64,000 nucleotides of DNA, from the NCBI RefSeq assembly GCF_000143415.4, contig NW_003314277.1, positions 197,183-261,182 of the forward strand, in the 5' to 3' direction. Positions 50,430 to 62,174 of the stretch are shown in pieces. The notes below the pieces were generated by a model. That model saw nothing but the letters and a program-made list of their open reading frames with translations. It did no database searches and had not been told where the DNA came from. Within the stretch, counting starts at the first letter, position 1, and every line of letters starts with the position of its first letter. A program made the translations under genes and the position numbers. Source of the DNA: Selaginella moellendorffii. Lineage: Eukaryota > Plantae > Lycopodiophyta.

Positions 50430-51560
50430 TGCATGTCCAGCTGTGGACCACGCCCATCGCTGCGATCGCCAAAAACATCGTCAATCCCTTCAGCGATTGT
50501 CATTCTAGCCACTATAAACCACCACCGAAATCGCCCAATTTACTCTCCTCCCATTCTCTCACCACTTCCATTATCAATCTCGAGCTCCATACATGCTGAT
50601 CAGGGCTGTTCCGATGCAAACATCTGTTCCCAGGCCGGACGCAGCGATCTCGGAGTGGATGGCTTCGCCCAGTCTCAGTTCGTCGGGTACTCCACAAGCA
50701 TAGAGAGCAGTGATGAAGATCGCTCGATCTGCGGTATCGCCACCGTCGAGATCCATAACTTAGAGCAACCAGAGAGCGGTCTTTGCAAGGCCGCAGTGGA
50801 GGTTCGCAGCGATGGCGATGTTCCAGGACACCAAACTTCGCTCCGGCATTAGCTGGAACAAAGCATTTGCGGCGGCGAGATCTCCGTTCCGAGCAAACGC
50901 TGATAGAAGACTGTTCCACGCGATGGCGTCTGGACTGCTGATCCGATCAAACACCGCGATGGCTTTCTCGACGCTCCCCAGTCTGTCATACATTTTGATC
51001 AGAGCAGTCTGGATCTGGAGATCGAAATGGAAACCATGCTGCGAGATTTTGGAGTGAAGGAGCTTACATTCCTCAGAAGATCGTGATGGATCCATCTCGC
51101 TGCTATCAAATGCGTCGAGAAGAGCCACGAGTCAGCCTGTTTGGATAGATTCCCTGTCGCTCCATCGCGTTCAAAAGCCTGAGCATCCGATCGATGTCGC
51201 CGGCCCGAGCAAAAGCGGCGATGATCACATTCCAGGAGACCTGATCACGCTCGGGCATTTTCTGGAACAAAATCTCCGCTCGTTGCAAATGCCCGGCTTG
51301 GGCAAATGCTGTGATTAAAATGTTCCACAAGAAGACATTCCGCCTGGAAATCCTGGAGAAGGCAGCGTATGCCTCATCCGTGCTACCGCAGCCCCCATGC
51401 ACCTGGACGAGGAGATTCCCAAGAAATGTGTCTTGGTCTTGCCCGGTGTCGCGCAGAAATCCATGGAGCTTCCTGCCTTCGAGGAGATTCTTGGCGCTGT
51501 CCACTAGAAGAAGAAGAGGAAGAGTCCGCCAAGCCTCGTAATAGCATAGAAGAGAGCATT
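50430..51560 (-). pseudogene. Fragmented PLS-class PPR gene
   Basis: DTFLGNLLV..CGS, RNVFLWNILI, QTALIKMY, GTALISMY motifs in shifting frames. Confidence 0.8.
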
Positions 51561-54494
51561 GTGCTCCATTGCGAAAAACTGGAAAAGGAAGTGACAATAC
51601 AAAAAGTAAAATTTCATATGATCTCTTGTAGCCAAAGAACACGAACTAGTAACTCGTGTTGAGCCGCTCCATGCTGACGTCCCAAGATCTTCTTTTACTC
51701 GCCTCTGTTGAACCACAACGACATTGCTGCTTTATCACTTCTCTTCTCCAAATCACAAACTAATCTCGATGCTGCGGTGCAGCCATGCTGCGTCTCAAAT
51801 ATCTTCCATCCGGATTGGAGTCGAGTTGCTTGACAACTCCGAGACCAAGATGATAGAATGTGGATGCTGCCTCAAATAGCCATCACCATCCGGATTGGAG
51901 TTGAGCATTCTGACTTCGAAAGCTGGATGATGTAGATCACACGTTGGACGTCGGACGCCCCGAAAACTCTCAAGTGTCGCCTCAAACATTGACTCGCTTC
52001 AAGGGTTTCTCCCTTTTAAAGCGGTGCACCCGACTCCGAGAGCCTTGGCAGGACAACCTATTGCACAAGTGGTGGAAGGCAAGGTTTGGCCACTCTTCTT
52101 TTATCTGCCCGCGATTGATTGCTCGGAAGTTGAAGTAGCTTCTCGTCCGCATTTGAAAGAAGATCTCGAAGAGACGCCGCCCCAGGGTTCCAGAAGAAGA
52201 GTCGGAGCTGCAGCTTTGTGATGAAGACCATGCTCTTTTGGAAGAAGAAGTTGCAAGCTTCTTCGAAGCTGCTCGTCGTTTTCTCAGCTGCTCGCCTTCC
52301 AAGGAAGCAACTTCCACTCGCTGTAGAGGCACAACCTCGTTGCTGTTCCTGTTGGAGCTCTTAGTTTAAACCGTTTGACCTTCATTTTGTGAGCCGTAGA
52401 TCGCCTGATCCATGAGCAGCAACTCCTGAGTGCTTGTCTTTCCATGTCGCTGCACACCAAAGTAACCACCGTAGTAATCTCTCTGTGCATCAGGTGTTGG
52501 ACGTCGAGAGGAACCAGTTGAAGCTTCCACAAGCTTGTGTAAGTGTAACTGCAGCTGTGGTAGACCAATCGCGAAGCACTTTAGCTAGCTCAGAGCTAGC
52601 ACAGAGCTAGCTCAACTCCATCCCTGAAAGCAGGAACCAAGGTAAGAAAAGGAAAAGAAAAAGCGAGAGTTACCAAAAAGTGATGGCTTGCAGCCACCGT
52701 CGTGTTTGGCATCATCACCATCGCCCTGGAAAAACAAGAGGCTGCTTTTCTATGTTCCAGGTTTTTAGAGCACTTCTTCATTCTCGGTGAACCAGCTAAA
52801 TCCACAAACCATGTGGCGGTCACCACCTGAAGCTGGCTCTTCCAAGCCACAAGACTTTCTATATGGTGTTGACGATCGCAGTGAAAATTTCATCGCCACG
52901 AAACTTACCTTGCAGCTGATACTGCGATCGGGATTGCACGCTTATTCTTTGAAGCTGGATGTCCCTGAGCATCCGACCGCGTGGGTGAACTCCGGCGGCA
53001 TCTACCTTATCCTTGTCCAGTATTGGCAAGCTTTCCACAGCCTAGAGCCTTCCTCGTCTGTAAGCCCTGTCCAACTCCGGATAACCAGACTTGGAGTGGC
53101 AAGTCTGAAGTCTCCAGATAAACATCCTCCGTGCCTCTGGCAAGCCATTGAAGTGCCCTGCTTTCACTTATCACTTCTCTCCTCCAGAGCTGCTGCTCTA
53201 AACTCAAATCAACCTGTCCGTCGCATTTCACGTCCGTTGTAGCTCTGGTTTTCCTCTGCTCCATGAGAAGATAAACTGATTTATCTCCTACCCCTTGAAA
53301 TCAATCGTTCCCGAGCCACAAGTTGTCGATTATGACAAGCTGACAAGCTGAGAGGCGATAGAGTAACCACCGTAGAATGGATGCTAGAAAAGCGCTCATT
53401 TGTTGAACCACAGAGCTAGCACACTTTCTCCTTCAAGCATTCGCAAGCGTCAGAGACCAGGTATGTCGATCACCCAAAGATGATCGTCCTTTCCCATGGC
53501 CAGCAGCTGCCGCTGCCAGTAAGCCTTGGACAGCACGCGCAGGAAGAGCAGCATGAGCAGCGCCACGCTCAGCATGTCAAGAAGAAGCAAGGCGCTCAGG
53601 AGATGATGCTCCAGACCCGTGCCCGTGGCGAGCTGGATGCCGGCTCAAGAGTCTTGACGAACCAGCAGGCGCCACAAAAAATACCCAAGCCAGGCAAATG
53701 CTGCAACGCATCTTGCTACATGCCCACCAATTCTGCCCTTGACGCTCTTCCTTGCAGGCCGCCATTGTGTATACGAACTCAAGACCAGTGGAGAAGAATG
53801 TCATGCCATCCCGTTAAAACAATGCGGCGACGAGGCAAAGCAAGAGCCCTGAAGAAGTGCCCGTGCGGGGCAAATGCTGCAACGTTTCCTGAAATTCCAA
53901 GAGCTTTCTCCTTTTCGTAAGGCATGAGCACACAAACATAGACGGATGTCCCTTCTTTTTCCCATGATACATCCAGGCAATGACAGCCCTTCTCACGGAT
54001 GACCACCACCGGAGCTTGTCCCACGCCCGATCACCACACTTTCACTGCGGCTGCCATGGCTTGCGGAGCTTCTGGCCTCTAGAGATCCCGGCGAGAGGGA
54101 TTTGCACTCCAAGCTTGGCTGTGACTCTTCCTCGCTGGAACTCTGGTTGAGATGCGGGTCCACGGCTACATCGGGAATGACGACGAGATTTCGCTTGGAA
54201 TCCCCGTAGCCACCAAGAATCTCCTGGCCTTCTTGGCTGGCTATAGTCGACAAGGAGAGGAGGTGATCGAGGCCAGCCCGATGATCCAAAGCGAAGAACC
54301 CAAGTATTGCTGCTGGCTTGCGCGGCATCGCAGACCTGGATTTTATGGATTTCTGGAAACCATCAGTCGTTTAGCTCAACAAGGACTTTCTTCAAAGTTT
54401 AAAAGATCATAACATAGGACAACATAGATTGAAATCTAGAGTTCACAAGCAAATGCTGCTAATGCTTATGAAATTATCACTTGTTCGGAGTTGC

Positions 54495-55357
54495 TCAAAG
54501 CATCACTGGTAAAAAAACACAAGCACAGTAAGTGAAAATATCGTTTTTGGGTAGACAGATACCTGAAGAGGAGGAAGGAGCCCTGCGACACTCGTTCAGC
54601 ATGTCAACATAGAACTGGCAACGACCAATGTCGCTACCATTGCTGCTGATGCACTGGAAATTTTTAAAAAAAAAGAGAGAAAAAACAGTCATGAAAAGCC
54701 AAAAAGAAAGAAAAAAAAGAGTCCAGTCTCACTTACGTCCTGAAAAGCCTTCATCTGATTGCTGCAGGCATCGGCGGAAACAGTAGCAAGCGCCGGCGAT
54801 GCCGGCGATGCTGCAGATTCAGCAACCTCATGCTGCACAGTGCGGGGTCCCATAACCCCGTCAACAGCGCGGTGCGCGATGGCACTGCCGGTTCCAAACG
54901 CCATACCTACGTTCACCATCTCAATCAGTTCTTAGATCTTAGAAGTAAAAAGGAGAGAGAGATCTCCTTAGAACTCAGCGAAAAGAGTTCACCATCAAAG
55001 AGAAAAACGGAGTCTTTTTCTTTTTTCTAAAGGTAAGGGTGACCTATTTTCAGAGAGATATTTCTTACCCTGGGCGATGGTACCGGCCAAACCACCCATC
55101 ATCCCACCGCCTCCAGCCTGAAGTGGAGCCGGGGGAGGAGCTGGCGCGTGATGAACTGCAGAATAATCAAACCGTAAATGCCGATGAAAAGGAATGAATC
55201 TCGAGCACGCGCTTACCGGGCTGGGGGGGCGGAGCGGCCCTCCTGGCTGGGGCGCGAGGAGCTGGTCGAGCTGCAAGACAAGAAAAAAGAAAACGCTTAG
55301 AACTGGGAACTGGAATCGCACTGCGCGGCGCATACCACCGCCACGGCTGCGCGGCAT
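54495..55357 (-). CDS. Mitochondrial twin-CX9C CHCH protein (CHCHD2/Mic17-like), 6 exons, 144 aa
   Basis: Exons 55357-55336, 55270-55217, 55155-55069, 54906-54737, 54653-54563, 54505-54495 (435 nt). Motifs AQGMAFGTGSAIAHRAV and CSNQMKAFQDC...CQFYVDMLNEC. Confidence 0.93.
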
Positions 55358-56408
55358 CCTTGCGAAGAAGATCGAAAGGCGGCGATAGGCAGAAGAGAGA
55401 AAGAAAGGGCACAGTGTGGGAAACCCTAGGGCGCGAGGTGCCCTATATTTCAGCGCATTGACCGCTGGGAAGGAATATGCTAGCTGGATAATTTTGGCAA
55501 ATGGAATTATTCCTTTGGCGCCGCATAAGATCGAACCCAAGACCTCAGAAAGAAACATTATACATCACTTTGTTGTCAACTCTGGAGCTTCGATACAACT
55601 CTGAAGCGGTTCATCCAAATTATCTCGACCTGTTTCAACTGCCTTTGATTCATCATCTCCCAAAGTGTTAGTCTCAAAACCAAGCTATTCTTCAGCCAAT
55701 ATCTTTCAAAACCAAGGACGGGCAATCTCTTCGAAACCAAGATAAGGTTTGCTTTCTTTCAGGGAATTTCAAGCACCATTTTCCATAAACCAAACTTTTA
55801 ACTATCAAGGTTTGGTTTCTCTCAAGCACCATTTTCCATTGTTCGTTACGGTGAAAGAAACTCAAGGTGAGTTCTAGGTAAGCCGACTTACAAATGCATT
55901 TACTTAATTGTACCCTATGTTTAGCTTAAATGTTACAACAAATTAAATTGGCACATTATTGTCTACTGGTGATATGTCAATGTGCTTCAGTTAACATGGC
56001 CGTATTGAAGATGATAAATGAGGGAAGGCTGGCTTCTGACGTGGCTGCTGACGCCTATGACTAGGACATTGACGTGTACAACACTGCCAATCAGAAACGA
56101 TGAGATTGAGCATGTGATCGACAAGGATCTTTCTCGGGTATACCCGGAGAACGGTAGTTTAAGGTTCTGGCGTCCGGAGAATTCTTTTAGTAACTGCTGG
56201 CCCATTTCCTTACGTCAATGTTGTGTAGCTATCACGAGGTTTTACGTAACGAGCGCTGACTTAAAAGTTGCCGTTGATCTTACGTACCTTGAGCCATAAG
56301 TTCAATGACAGCTGTCCTTCTTGAAACTACTCAGTAAGTTCGTGGTCGAGTTCTTAAGCCATCTTACCCTGATCTTGAAGCTCATTGTTCAGGAAAATCC
56401 TAAAGATC

Positions 56409-57224
56409 ATGAATAGGAAAATGCCTTCTCTTGCTCTCTTGTTCTTCCAGGTGCTCAGCCTTGCATGCCAGGTAGTGTGGTCCCAAAGCTGTGAACAAAT
56501 GAGGATTATGGTACCGGCCTACTTCGATCCTTCTTCAAATTCCCAGGCATGGTCTTCTCTCAATTCTGCTGCCACCACGCTACCAAACCGGGTCGTAGCA
56601 ATCGCAAATCCGTCCAATGGTCCAGGCTCTGCAGCTCAATCAAGCTACCAGAATGTTATTACAGCCCTCCAGCGCCAAACAGGCCTGGTTATCGGCTATG
56701 TCTCGACTAATTACAGCAACCGAGCTTCCAATTTGGTCCAAGACGACGTCGATACGTGGTACCGCTTCTATCCAACTATCAATGGAATTTTCTTCGACGA
56801 AGTTGCCAACACAGACGGGGAGCAGCCTTACTATCAAAGCCTCTACAACTACGTGAAGTCCAAGAATTCGAGCTCTCTAGTGGTTAATAATCCCGGAGCT
56901 CCAACCCTGGAGACATACCTCTTCTATAATGGTTCTCGGGTAGCCGATGTGATTTGTATTTTTGAGAGCGGTGTTGGTGGGCTGTCTATGACTCAGAGTT
57001 CCTGGACGAGCAAGTATTCGAGGTATAACTTTTATGCCCTGTTCTACAATGTCACGGATGTGAATGTGTCAAGTTTTGACTATGGAGATGTTATTGATCG
57101 TGCTTACCAGCAGAATGTGGGCTGGGTTTATGTGACCAATGATAATCTTCCAAATCCGTGGGACACCATAGCCAGCTACTTCTCTGGAGAGGTGGACTAT
57201 ATTAAAAATGATAATCAGTGCTAA
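56409..57224 (+). CDS. Secreted spherulin-4 / GH135-like protein, intronless, copy 1 (ATG 56409 or 56421)
   Basis: Hydrophobic signal peptide. Motifs VPAY, NPSNGPG, GYVSTNY, GIFFDE, NNPG, IFES, YVTND..PNPW. Confidence 0.88.
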   Translation: MNRKMPSLALLFFQVLSLACQVVWSQSCEQMRIMVPAYFDPSSNSQAWSSLNSAATTLPNRVVAIANPSNGPGSAAQSSYQNVITALQRQTGLVIGYVSTNYSNRASNLVQDDVDTWYRFYPTINGIFFDEVANTDGEQPYYQSLYNYVKSKNSSSLVVNNPGAPTLETYLFYNGSRVADVICIFESGVGGLSMTQSSWTSKYSRYNFYALFYNVTDVNVSSFDYGDVIDRAYQQNVGWVYVTNDNLPNPWDTIASYFSGEVDYIKNDNQC

Positions 57225-57299
57225 GTAACAGAATTACTCACATAAATAATAACAATCAATCTGATGGTCGTCTTTGGAGGAGTTTGCCCCATGGCCAGC

Positions 57300-59050
57300 T
57301 TCTAGCTATGAAGTAGAGAATGTCTTGCTTCTCATCCTCTTCGGCGTCATGCAGCCTTTTCTTTGTATCAGGTATGTAGACGTATTGTTTCATCACTTCT
57401 CTGGCAGATCTGGGCGAGGTACGTGTGCCAGGAATCGCTGACGATGAACTCGTTCATCTTGCCATTGATCTCGATCCAGCTCCTGCTGCCGGGCTTCTTT
57501 ATTGCCCGGTCACGCTGATATCAACTTGTGGACCTTGGCGGCCATGTCCCACTTCCCAGCGTCGCTGTAAGGTCCACGAAGCCGCCATGGCTGCAAGCGT
57601 AGAGGACGTGCGTGAAGGTGACGCTGTCGGGCTTGTAGCCGTCCTGTTCGATGCTCCATGCCAAAGTGGCCGTTTCTAGCGTAGGCCGAGAAGGTGATGT
57701 TGTTGGACTCGAGCGTCTGTCGAAGAGCTTCTGGGCCTTAACCCGGCCACGTACATGTTGAGCAGCGTGGTGTGGAGCACGACGTCGCATGGAGCTGGCG
57801 GGCTTCTGGGAGAGCTCGGCGGCGCAGCGGTGGAAGAAAAGCTCCACCGCCTCGCGGACGAGGCCCGGGGCCGCTGGAGCGCCGCCAGGATGACCTTGAT
57901 TGGGAGGCGCCTGGTGACGATTCTTTGGTTGACGATTCTGGGGAGTCCTGCGCTGCCATAGCAGATGCTCGGCTCCCACGACGAGAACTCGTGCCCTCCA
58001 TCTTTGAAACTCTTTCTCGCTTATAGACCAAAAGAAAACCAAATAGCTTGCAGCGCGTCCAGATTCTTTATCGAACCTTCACTCTGAGAAACCCTCACCA
58101 TCGCTTCTTTACGCGCCATCGCTCCGGTGATTCATGCAAATGCCACCTCCAGGGTTTTATTTCAAGGCGCCGTGATTCCCGCCAGGAATTCGCAAGGGGC
58201 CAGCTCCAGAAATGATGCCTCCCAAGCGCAAGCCCGGTCGGCCTCCAAGGCATTCCAGAATGGTCAGTCGTGATCTATGCCTCCATCAAGCGCAAGCCCG
58301 CCCAGCTCCAAACTCGTCGACAGGCACTATTTAAGCTGGTTGACTTAAAGGTATGCTAAATCTCTCTGATTTTCTTTTCTTGCTTTATCATGATAGTTTC
58401 TTCTATTGGATGACTGCTGTTGGCGCGAGGCATTGTGCACTGCGATAGCACTGGTGTACAACGTGGTCTCCAGCTTTGGATCAATCTCTCCTCCAGGATG
58501 GAGATGTCCTTGATTGGGAGACGCCTCGTCTGAGCATCTAGTCTGGGGACTCCTGCGCTGCCATAGCCAATGCTCGGCAAATTCATGGCTGCCCAAGAAC
58601 TCGTGCCCCAGGTTACCTAAATTATCCTCCAACGCCACTCCAGTTCCACACCCAGAAGAACCTGTTCTGCATCGAGTGCAAGGTGCCACTCAGCCAAGAA
58701 TGCAGAGACGATCATGGAACTTGCAACCACATGAACACTTTGCAGATCTTAGTCGCAGGCCGCCTTTTGGCAATCAAGGTGTGCGATGCGAAACGGGTCA
58801 TCGATACATAGGGGTTGGAAACATTTAGAATCAACAGAAACCCGATCTTGTATCTCCGTGCAACCAAACTCAGTAGTCTGCCGCCACTGCAGGAGGGTCC
58901 TGCACAAAGCTCGCTTTACTGTAAACTCCAGTGCCAAGGAGAGCTTGAGCATCTGCAGCAACCCCAAGTCGATCAGGCTCAGGACGGGAACATTTCGTCA
59001 CCGTTTGCTCAGCCTCGCAAGGTGGCCCGAATTGCACGAATGCAACCGAA
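57300..59050 (-). pseudogene. Scrambled PPR pseudogene remnant; second copy ~62250-64000
   Basis: GYKPDSVTFTHVLYACSHGG and AQKLFDR motifs among frameshifts and internal repeats. Confidence 0.7.
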
Positions 59051-61370
59051 TGATAGAGAAGATTTTAAGATTTTAATGCATGAGCGGGAGTTAGGCAAAT
59101 GCATTTACTTACTTGTAACCTATGTTTAGCTTAAATGTTATAACTAAACTAAATCGGCACAGGTCATTATTTCTTAGATTTCTAGTATTATTATATAGTG
59201 GTGGATGGTGATATTCATAAAAAATTTGTCAAAATTGAATATGATCTATGCTTAGAAATTTATATTATAGGTAGCAGCAATAAACATGAAAATAGATTAT
59301 GTGATTTGATGTGATCTAAACTAATTATTCTATATAAAAGTTTATTTGAAAAACTTGTGTAATGAAAATATATTAGTCATTTGGTATGGCAAGCAATATG
59401 TGATTGCAGGTATTAGGGGAAAGGTATACCTCCCAAAAGGGAAGGTATAACTAGGCAAGATATATCACAATCTTGTGAATGATCAAAGTGTGAATTAAAT
59501 GTCCCAAGTAGAATATTCTTTTTAATCAATGCCCCTCATGCTCATGCCCATACATCACCCTGGCACTATATGCATCATCCCCACTCATTCTTTGCCACAT
59601 TATCCTTGCTAGGGTTTTTGATTTCTCTTGCCTGGATCAGGTTGCTGAGGGTATATTGGTCCACATAACTAGTAGTGGATTAGCTTTGGAGGTATCTTAA
59701 TTTTCTTAATTGCTTCTCAGGGTTTAGGGTTCTTTTTCTAGCATGCTAAATATGTGAACATTAAGTTTTCTATATTGGGATATTAAGTTAGAACTTAAAG
59801 TTTTTTATCTGTTTGTTTTTTAGATGCTAAAATAACTTTAGATTCATCATAAGAAAGACCAAAGCTATATGGACATTTAGTTGCATATTATGTTTACATA
59901 ATTTGGACATTTAGTTTCATATTTAGTTGTTGCATATTTACTTATAATTGTTTTATGGCCAGGGACTGCCGGACAAAAATTAAATTCACTCAAGTAAAAT
60001 ATTATATATAGGACAGAATCAAAAAGAGGACAACAATCAATTTTTTTCTATTGCCATGGCAATTATCTACATTTTTCATGTCAAGATCTATTCAATGAAA
60101 ATAAGATAACTATATGTCTAGTAAGGGAGTGAGCCATAACTTCTTGCCAAGAAGAAATCATGCTATAACGCAACCAACAAACTCTCCTTGGCACTAGACT
60201 CTGGCATGGAAATACAAGATTAGGTTATTATTGATGATAAATGTGATGTATCGATGAGCCACTTCACATTGCACACTTTGAGTGTGGAAAGGTGGCCTAG
60301 GACAGAGATCTGCGAAGTGTTTGTGTGGTTGCAAGTCCCTTGATCATCTCTGCATTCTTGGCTGAGTGGCACCTTGCACTCAATGCAGAACAACACCTAG
60401 GGATGTTCTTGATGTCCAACAAAGCCTGAAACCATGACAGCTGATGCATTGCTATTGTTTTCCAGCTCTATTTGCAAAACATGAAGTTTTACCATTTAGA
60501 TTTTGATTCGGAGGAGAAAAACCTTCCAGAGAAGATATTGCTAGAATTAATTGAAAAAATCAATAAGAACGAATAGAAAGAAAAGAAAATCTCGCTTACC
60601 TGGAGAACAAGGGGAAATCTTGGATCTTCATTTATTCATAAACTGTTTACACACTTTGCACTCTTGATCTTTGGTGCCCCTGCTTAAAGACAATTATATT
60701 TTCAAAAGGCTTGTCAACTTTTCTAATGAGGGATCTGACATGGTGGCTGACGCCTATGACTAGGACATTGAGCCATTTGTGGGACCGGGGAAGCTTCCCT
60801 CTGGATGGAAGGTGTGCCGCGATCGTATTTGTGGATTCAAGATTATCTGACGAGATTTCGGTTGGCAGGTACGCAATTTGATTGTGGCGAGCGAGCGATG
60901 CCACCAACGAGGCTGCCGCCGCGGTGGAGAATAGGAGAGCACCAGCCCTCAAGATGGAGAATCAGAAACGCTGAAGGATCTTTCTCGGTTGTACCGTAGT
61001 TTTCTTCAAGGTTCTGGCTGCCAGGCTATGTTCCGGAGAATTCTTTTAGTATGGGCTTTGATCCATCTGCAGTTGAGCTACCGGTAAGGTAATACATTTC
61101 CTTTTCTCTATATGGTGTTTTTATTGTGTTTTGCTAGCAATGCATGAACTGCTGGTACGTCGATGTTGTGTAGCTATCATGTTCGCTGCGAAGTTTGGTC
61201 TTGCTTACGTAACGGCTTTGACTTAAAAGTTGCCGTTAATCTTACGTACCTTGAGCCATAAGTTCAATGACAGCTGTCCTGCTTGAAACTACTCAGTAAG
61301 TTCGTGGTCGAGTTCTTAAGCCATCTTACCCTGACCTTGAAGCTCATTGTTCAGGAAAATCCTGAAGACC

Positions 61371-62174
61371 ATGCTTTCTCTTGCTCTCTTGTTCTTCCAG
61401 GTGCTCAGCCTTGCATGCCAGTTAGTGTGGTCCCAAAGATGTGAAAAAATGAGGATCATGGTACCGGCCTACTTCGATCCTTCTTCAAATTCCCAGGCAT
61501 GGTCTTCTCTCAATTCTGCTGCCACCACGCTACCAAACCGGATCGTAGCAATCGCAAATCCGTCCAATGGTCCAGGCTCTGCAGCTCAATCAAGCTACCA
61601 GAATGTTATTACGGCCCTCCAGAGCCAAACAGGCCTGGTTATCGGCTATGTCTCGACTAATTACAGCAACCGAGCTTCCAATTTGGTCCAAGACGATGTC
61701 GATAGGTGGTACAGCTTCTATCCAACTATCAATGGAATTTTCTTCGACGAAGTTGCCAACACAGACGGGAAGCAGCCTTACTATCAAAGCCTCTACAACT
61801 ACGTGAAGTCCAAGAATTCGAGTTCTCTAGTGGTTAATAATCCCGGAGCTCCAACCCTGGAGACATACCTCTTCTATAATGGTTCTCGGGTAGCCGATGT
61901 GATTTGTATTTTTGAGAGCGGTGTTGGTGGGCTGTCTATGACTCAGAGTTCCTGGACGAGCAAGTATTCGAGGTATAACTTTTATGCCCTGTTCTACAAT
62001 GTCACGGATGTGAATGTGTCAAGCTTTGACTATGGAGATGTTATTGATCGTGCTTACCAGCAGAATGTGGGCTGGGTTTATGTGACCAATGATAATCTTC
62101 CAAATCCGTGGGACACCATAGCCAGCTACTTCTCTGGAGAGGTGGACTATATTAAAAATGATAATCAGTGCTAA
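61371..62174 (+). CDS. Secreted spherulin-4 / GH135-like protein, intronless, copy 2
   Basis: Near-identical to copy 1 with an intact ORF. Confidence 0.88.
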   Translation: MLSLALLFFQVLSLACQLVWSQRCEKMRIMVPAYFDPSSNSQAWSSLNSAATTLPNRIVAIANPSNGPGSAAQSSYQNVITALQSQTGLVIGYVSTNYSNRASNLVQDDVDRWYSFYPTINGIFFDEVANTDGKQPYYQSLYNYVKSKNSSSLVVNNPGAPTLETYLFYNGSRVADVICIFESGVGGLSMTQSSWTSKYSRYNFYALFYNVTDVNVSSFDYGDVIDRAYQQNVGWVYVTNDNLPNPWDTIASYFSGEVDYIKNDNQC

